Assembly (NCBI GenBank): GCA_030390025.1
Contig: JASTWF010000033.1
Location: 5,892,001-5,956,000, forward strand
Direction: 5' to 3'
DNA length: 64,000 nt
DNA from: Squalus acanthias
Lineage: Eukaryota
Shown here: piece by piece, positions 55,987 through 64,000 of the stretch
Layout: each line of letters starts with the position of its first letter
Position numbering within the stretch: position 1 is the first letter of the stretch
The notes under the pieces: model-generated
The model's input: the letters and a program-made list of their open reading frames with translations, nothing else
The model's database searches: none
What the model was told of the DNA's origin: nothing
Program-made: the position numbers and the translations under genes

Positions 55987-58900
55987 TAAATTAACAATTA
56001 CCTGTAACTTTATTCCCGGGTGTAAAGGATACCATGTGTAAATTAACAATTAACTGTAACTTTATTGCCCGGTGCAGAGGATACCATGTGTAAATAAACA
56101 ATTAACTGTAACTTTATTCCCCGGTGCAGAGGGTACCATGTGTAAATAAACAATTAACTGTAACTTTATTGCCCGGTGTAGAGGATACCATGTGTAAATT
56201 AACAATTAACTGTAACTTTATTCCCCGGTGCAGAGGGTTCCATGTGTAAATAAACTATTAACTGAAACTTTATTCCCCGGTGCAGAGCATAACATGTGTA
56301 AATTAACACTTAACTGCAACTTTTTCAATGCTGTTGAGGATACCATGGGTAAATTAACAATTAACTGTAACTTGATTAACCGGTGTAGAGGATACCATGT
56401 GTAAATTAACAATTAACTGTAACTTTATTAACTGCTGTAGGGGATACCATGTGTAAATTAACAATGAACTGCATATTTAATACCCGGTGTAGAGGATACC
56501 ATGTGTAAATTAACAGTTAACGATAACTTTATTCCCTGGTGTAGAGGATACCATGTGTAAATTAACAATTAACTGCAAATTTATTCCCTTGTGTAGAGGA
56601 TACCACGTGTAAGTTAACAATTAACTGCATATTTAATACCCGGTGTAGAGGATACCATGTGTAAATTAACAATTAATGATAACTTTATTCCCTGGTGTAG
56701 AGGATACCATGTGTAAATTAACAATTAGCGATAACTTTATTCCCTGGTGTAGAGGATACCATGTGTAAATTAACAATTAACTGTAAATTATTCCCCGGTG
56801 TAGAGGATACCATGTGTAAATTAACAATTAACTGTAAATTTATTGCCCGGTGTAGAGGATACCATGTGTAAATTAACAATTAACTGTAACTTTATTCCCT
56901 GTTGTGGGGGAATAACATGTTTAAATTAACAATTAACTGTAAATTTATTCCCCAGTGTAGAGTATACCATGTGTAAATTAACAATTAACTGTAACTTTAT
57001 TAAACGCTGTAGAGAATACCATGCGCAAATTAACAATTAACTGTAACTTTATTAACTGGTGTAAAGGATACCATGTGTAAATTAACAATTAACTGTAACT
57101 TTATTGCCCGGTAAAGAGGATACCATGTGTAAATTAACATTTAACTGTAATTTTTTCCCGGTGCAGAGGATAACATGTGTAAATTAACAATTAACTGCAA
57201 CTTTTTCACTGCTGCAGAGGATACCATGTGTAATTTAACAATTAACTGTAACATTGTTCACTTGTGCAGAGGATACCATGTGTAAATTAACAATTAACTG
57301 CAACATCATTAACTGCTGCAGAGAATACCATGTGTAAATTAACAATTACCTGTAACTTTATTGCCCGGTGCAGAGGATACCATTTGTAAATTAACAATTA
57401 ACTGTAACTTTATTCCCTGGTGCAGAGGATACCATGTGTAAATTAACATTTAACTGTAACTTTATTCCAAGGTGTAGAATAGACCATGTGTAAATTAACG
57501 ATTAACTGTAACTTTATTCCCTGGTGTAGCGTATTCCATGTGTAAATTAACAATTATCTGTAACTTGATTAACCGGTGTAGAGGATACCATGTGTAAATT
57601 AACAATTAACGTTAACTTTATTAACTGCTGTAGGGGATACCATGTGTAAATAACAATTAACTGTAACTTGATTAACTGCTGTAGGGGATACCATGTGTAA
57701 ATTAACAATTAACTGTAACTTTATTGCCCGGTACAGAGGATACCATGTGTAAATTAACATTTAACTGTAAATTGTTCCCGGTGCAGAGGGCAACATGTGT
57801 AAATTAACAATTAACTGCAACTTTTTCACTGCTGTAGAGGCTACTATGTTTAAATTAATAATTAACTGTAACTTTATTCCCTGGTGCAGAGGATACCATG
57901 TTGAAATTAACAATTAACTGTAACTTTATTCACTGGTGCAGAGGATATAATGTGTAAATTAACAATTAACTGTCACTTTATACCCCGGTGTAGAGGATAC
58001 CATGTGTAAATTAACAATTAACTGCAACTTTAATAAACTGCTGTAGAGTATACCATGTGTAAATTAACAATTAACTGTAACTTTATTCGCTGGTGTAAAG
58101 GATAACATGTGTAAATCAAATATTAACTGTAACTTTAGTCCCCGGTGTAGAGAATACCATGTGTAAATTAAAATTTAACTGTAACTTTTGTTCCTTCTGC
58201 GGAGGATACCATGTGTAAATTAACAATTAATTGTAACTTTTTCCCCGGCGTAGAGGATAACATGTGTAAATTAACTATTAACAGTAAATTTATTCACAGC
58301 TGTAGAGGATACCATGTGTTAATTAACAGTTAACTGCATCTTTATTCCCCGGTGTAGAGGATGCCATGCGTAAATTAACAAATAACTGTAACTTTATACA
58401 CTGGTGTAGAGGATATCATGTTTAAATTAACAATTAACTGTAACTTTATTCCCTGGTGTAGAGGATAAAATGTGTAAATTAACAATTAACTGTAACTTTA
58501 TTCCCCGGTGTAGAGGATAGAATGTGTAAATTAAAAATTAACTTTAACTTTATTCGCCGGTATAGAGGATACATTTTTTAAATTTACAATCAATGTAACT
58601 TTATTTCCCGGTGTAGAGGATACCATATGTAAATTATCAATTTACTGTAATTTTTACCCCGGTGTAGTGGATACAAAGTTTAAATTAACAATTAACTTTT
58701 ACTTTATACCCTGGTGCAGAGGATACCATGTGTAAATTAACAATTAATTGTAACTTTATTCCCCGGTGTAGCGGATAAAATGTTTAAATTACCAATTAAC
58801 TGTAACATTATTCCCCGGTGCAGAGGATACCATGTGTAAATTAACAATTAACTGTAACTTTATTCCCTGGTGTAGAGGATAAAATGTGTAAATTAACAAT

Positions 58901-61900
58901 TAAATGTAACTTTATTCCCCGGTGTAGAGGATAGAATGTGTAAATTAAAAATTAACTTTAACTTTATTCGCCGGTGTAGAGGATACATTTTTTAAATTTA
59001 CAATCAATGTAACTTTATTTCCCAGTGTAGAGGATACCATATGTAAATTATCAATTTACTGTAATTTTTACCCCGGTGTAGTGGATACAAAGTTTAAATT
59101 AACAATTAACTTTTACTTTATACCCTGGTGCAGAGGATACCATGTGTAAATTAACAATTAATTGTAACTTTATTCCCCGGTGTAGCGGATAAAATGTTTA
59201 AATTACCAATTAACTGTAACATTATTCCCCGGTGCAGATGATACCATGTGTAAATTAACAACTTACTGTAACTTTATTCCCCGGTGTAGTGGATTTAATG
59301 TTTAAATTTACAATTAACTTTAACTTTTTCCCCGTTGTAGACGATACCATGTGTAAATTAACGATTAACTGTACCATTATTCCCTGGTGTGGAGCATACC
59401 ATGTGTAAATTAACAATTAACTGCAACTTTATTAACTGCTGTAGAGGTTACTATGTGTAAATTAAAAATTAACTTTAACTTTATTCCCTGGTGTAAAGGA
59501 TACCATGTGTACATTAACAATTAACTGCAACGTTATTTTCCGGTGTAGAGGATACCATGTGTAAATTAACAATTAACTGTAACTTTATTCCTCGGTGCAG
59601 AGGATTCCATGTGTAAATTAACAATTAACTGTAACTTTATTCCCCGGTGCAGAGGATAACATGTGTAAATTAACAATTAACTGTAACTTTATTCCCCGGT
59701 GCAGAGGATGCCATGTGTAAATTAACGATTAACTGTGACTTTTTTCACCGGTGCAGAATGTACCATGTGTAAATTAATGATTAACTGTAACTTCATTAAC
59801 TGCTGTAGAGGATTCCATGTGTAAATTAACAATTAACTGTAACTTGATTAACATGTGTAGAGGATACCTCGTGTAAGTTAACAATTAACTCTATCTTTAT
59901 TAACTGTTGTAGGGGATAGCATGTGTAAATTAACAATTAACTGTAACTTTATTGCCCGGGGCAGAGGATACCATGTGTAAATTAACAATTAACTGTAACT
60001 TTATTCCCTGGTATAGAGGATACCATGTGTAAATTAACAATTATATGTAACATTATTCCCCGGTGTAGAGGATATCATGCGTAAATTAAGAAATAACTGT
60101 AACTTTTTTCACTTAGGTAGAGGATACCATGTGTAAATTAATAATTATCTGTAACTTTATTCCCTGGTGTAGAGGATACCAAGTGTAAATTAATAATTAT
60201 CTGTAACTTTATTCCCCGGTGTAGAGGATACCATATGTAAATTGACATTTAACTGTTACGTTATTCACCGGTGTATTGGATACAATGTTTAAATTAACAA
60301 TTAACTTTAACTTTTTCCCCGGTATAGTCGATACCATGTGTAAATGAACAATTAACTGTAACTTTTTCACTGCTGTAGAGGATACCATGAGTAAATTTAC
60401 AATTAACTGTAACTTTATTCCCCGGTGTAGAGGATACCACTAGTAAATTAATAATTAACTATAACTTTATTAACTGCTGTAGGGGATAGCATGTGTAAAT
60501 TAACAATTAACTGTAAATTGATTAACTGCTGTAGGGGATACCATGTGTAAATTAACAATTAACTGTAACTTTATTCCCCGGTGCAGAGGATATCATGTGT
60601 AAATTAACAATTAACTGTAACTTTTTCCACGGTGAAAAGGATACCATGTGTATGTTAACAATTAAATGTAACTATATTCCCCGGTGCAGAGTATACTATG
60701 TGTAAATTAACAATTAACTGTAACTTTATTCCCCTGTGCAGAGGATACCATGTGTAAATTAACAATTAACTGTAAATTTATTCACTGCTATAGAGGATAC
60801 CATGTGTTAATTAACAGTTAACTGTAACGTAATTCCCCGGTGTCGAGGATACCGTGTGTAAATTAACAATTAACTGTAACTTTATTTCCCGATGTAGAGG
60901 ATACCATATGAAAATTAACAATTAACTGTAAATATATTCACCGGTGCAGAAGATACAACGTGTAAATTAACAATTAACTGTAACATTATTCCCCGGTGTA
61001 GAGGTTACAAGGTGTAAAGTAACAATTAACTGTAACTTTATTCCCCGGTGAAGAGGATCCTATGTTTAACTTAACAATTAACTGTAACTTTATTCCCCGG
61101 AGTAGAGGATACAATGTGTAAATTAACCAATAACTGTAACTTTATTTACTGGTGCAGAGGATACCATGTGTAAATTAACAATCAACTGTAACTTTATTCC
61201 CCGGTGTAGAGGATAAAATGTTCAAATTTACAATTAATGTATCTTTATTTCCCGGTGTAGAGGATACCATATGTAAATTTACATTTAACTGTAACCTTAT
61301 TCACCGGTGTAATGGATAAAATGTTTAAATTAACACTTAACTGTATCTTTATTCTGCGGTGTAGAGGATCCCATGTGTAAATTAACAATTTATTGTAACT
61401 TTATTCCCCGGTGTAAAGGATTCCACGTGTAAATTAACAATTAACTGTAACTTTATTCCCCGGTGTAGAGGATACCATGTGTAAATTAACAATAAACTGT
61501 AAATTTATTCCCCGCTGTACTGGATAAAATTTTTAAATTAAAACTTAACATAACTTTATTCCGCGGTGTCGAGGATAGCATGTGTAAATTAACAACTTAA
61601 TGTAACTTTATTCCCCGGTGTAGTGAATACAATGTTTAAATTAACAATTAATTTTAACTTTTCCCCCGGTGTAGAGGATTCCATGTGTAAATTAACAATT
61701 AACTGTAACGTTTTCACTGCTGTAGAGGTTACCATGTGTAAATTAACAAATAATTGTAACTTTATTCCCCGGTGCAGAGGATACCATGTATAAATTACAA
61801 TCATCTGTAACTTTTTAAACGGTGTAGAGGATACCATGTGTAAGTTAACAATATATGTGACTTTTTTCACTGCTGTAGAGGATACCATGTGTAAATTAAC

Positions 61901-63545
61901 AATTAACTGTAATTTTTTTTCCCCGGTGTAGAGGATACCATGTTTAAATTAACAATTAACTGCAACTTTAATACCCGGTGCAGAGTATTCCATGTGTAAA
62001 TTAACGATTTAATGTAACTTTATTCACCGGTGCAGAGGATACCATGTGTAAATAAACAATTAACTGTAACTTCATTAACTGCTGTAGAGGATTCCGTGTG
62101 AAAATTAACAATTAACTGTAACTTGATTAAACCGGTGTAGAGGATACTATGTGTAAATTAGCTATTAACAGTAACTTTATTAACTGCTGGAGAGGATTCC
62201 ATGTGTAAATTAACAATTAACTGTAACTTGATTAACCGGTGTAGAGGATTCCATGTGTAAATTAACAATTAACTGTAACTTTATTAACTGCTGTAGGGGA
62301 CACCATGTGTAAATTAATAATTAACTGTAACTTGATTAACCGGTGTAGAGGATACCAAGAGTAAATTAACAATTAACTGAAACTTTTTTCCCTGGTGTCG
62401 AGGATACCATGTATAAATTGACAATTAACTGTAACTTTATTCCCCGGTGCAGAGGATACCATGTTTAAATTAACAACTAACTGCAACTTCATTCACTGGT
62501 GCAGAGGATACCATGTGTAACTTAACAATTAACTGCAACTTTTTCCCCGGTGTAGAGGGTACCATGTGTGAATTTACAATTAACTGTAACTTCATTAACT
62601 GCTGCATATGATTCCATGTGTAAATTAACAATGAACTGTAACTTGATTAACCGGTGTACAGAATACCACGAGTAAATTAATAATTAACTATAACTTTATT
62701 AACTGCTGTAGGGGATAGCATGTGTAAATTAACAATTAACTGTAAATTGATTAACTGCTGTAGGGGATACAATGTGTAAATTAACAATTAACTGTAACTT
62801 TTTCCACGGTGAAAAGGATACCATGTGTATGTTAACAATTAAATGTAACTATATTCCCCGGTGCAGAGTATACTATGTGTAAATTAACAATTAACTGTAA
62901 CTTTATTCCCCTGTGCAGAGGATACCATGTGTAAATTAACAATTAACTGTAAATTTATTCACTGCTATAGAGGATACCATGTGTTAATTAACAGTTAACT
63001 GTAACGTAATTCCCCGGTGTCGAGGATACCGTGTGTAAATTAACAATTAACTGTAACTTTATTTCCCGATGTAGAGGATACCATATGAAAATTAACAATT
63101 AACTGTAAATATATTCACCGGTGTAGAAGATACAACGTGTAAATTAACAATTAACTGTAACATTATTCCCCGGTGTAGAGGTTACAAGGTGTAAAGTAAC
63201 AATTAACTGTAACTTTATTCCCCGGTGAAGAGGATCCTATGTTTAACTTAACAATTAACTGTAACTTTATTCCCCGGAGTAGAGGATACAATGTGTAAAT
63301 TAACCAATAACTGTAACTTTATTTACTGGTGCAGAGGATACCATGTGTAAATTAACAATCAACTGTAACTTTATTCCCCGGTGTAGAGGATAAAATGTTT
63401 AAATTTACAATTAATGTATCTTTATTTCCCGGTGTAGAGGATACCATATGTAAACTTACATTTAACTGTAACCTTACTCACCGGTGTAGTGGATAAAATG
63501 TTTAAATTAACACTTAACTGTAACTTTATTCCGCGGTGTAGAGGA
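55987..63545 (+). repeat. 52-bp satellite array, segment 3
   Basis: Same monomer and orientation. More heterogeneous monomers and fewer long duplications. Confidence 0.98.
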
Positions 63546-64000
63546 CAAAGGGCTTATTCAAGAGGGGCAAAATAGCTTACGAAAGCAAGCTGGCGGAAAA
63601 TATAAAAACTAACTCCAACAGCTTTTATAAGTATATCAAGAGGAAAAGACTGGTGAAAACCAAAGTTGGTCCATTGCAGTCAGATACGGGGGAATATATA
63701 ACGGGAAATAAGGAAATGGCAGACCAACTAAATGCATACTTTGGGTCAGTCTTTACGAAGGAAGACACAAAAAACCTCCCTGGGATATCGGGAAAAATAG
63801 GGACATTGGCAAAGGAGGAACTGACGCAATTCAATATCTCTAAGGATATGGTGTTAAGGAAGCTAAAGGGATTGAAGGCGGACAAATCCCCAGGGCCTGA
63901 TAACATGCATCCTAGGGTACTGAAGGAGGTGGCCCTAGAGATAGCGGATGCACTAAGTATGATTTTTCAGAATTCATTAGACTCGGGAACAGTACCCATG
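63541..64000 (+). mobile_element. 5'-truncated CR1 LINE of a different subfamily (runs off the window)
   Basis: Frame from 63542 is open for 153 codons: RTKGLFKRGKIAYESKLAENIKTNSNSFYKYIKRKRLVKTKVGPLQSDTGE..KSPGPDNMHPRVLKEVALEIADAL. It is homologous to, but clearly diverged from, 42770-43230. Confidence 0.95.

Noticed and set aside
29995..61888. Short ORFs in the satellite (MLIYTWYP.., LQLIVNLHMVSSTPG repeats)
   Set aside because: They are translations of the monomer kept open by 51-bp variants or lost stops, and several use non-ATG starts. They are useful only as duplication markers.
7920..63545. CRISPR-like array (conserved part plus variable part)
   Set aside because: The variable parts are point variants of one consensus, not unique spacers. 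There are no cas genes and the context is vertebrate.
7920..63545. CENP-B box or telomeric (TTAGGG)n in the array
   Set aside because: Neither motif was seen in the consensus or common variants.

Overview
This is eukaryotic repeat-rich DNA, most likely from a cartilaginous fish, judged from the HER1/CR1-type LINE 3' UTR and its (TTTCTATG)n tail. No host protein-coding gene, RNA gene or CRISPR array is supported. The first ~7.9 kb is a stack of decayed elements: a CR1 ORF1 fragment with five 74/75-bp repeats just upstream, a CR1 3' tail, an internally deleted class I (gamma/epsilon-like) endogenous retrovirus, a Harbinger-like MITE with a TAC target duplication, a 33/34-bp minisatellite and a degenerate minus-strand CR1. 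From ~7.92 kb to ~63.55 kb runs a single-orientation 52-bp satellite of roughly 980 monomers with nested higher-order duplications (~0.41, ~1.2, ~1.55, ~2.2, ~9.4 and ~11 kb). The ~11-kb tandem duplication copied a 5'-truncated CR1 passively. Another CR1, from a different subfamily, starts at ~63.54 kb. The junctions of the three independent CR1 insertions all fall near the same GGATACCATGTG part of the monomer. All alignments and offsets were done by eye from marker variants, and boundaries marked ~ are approximate.
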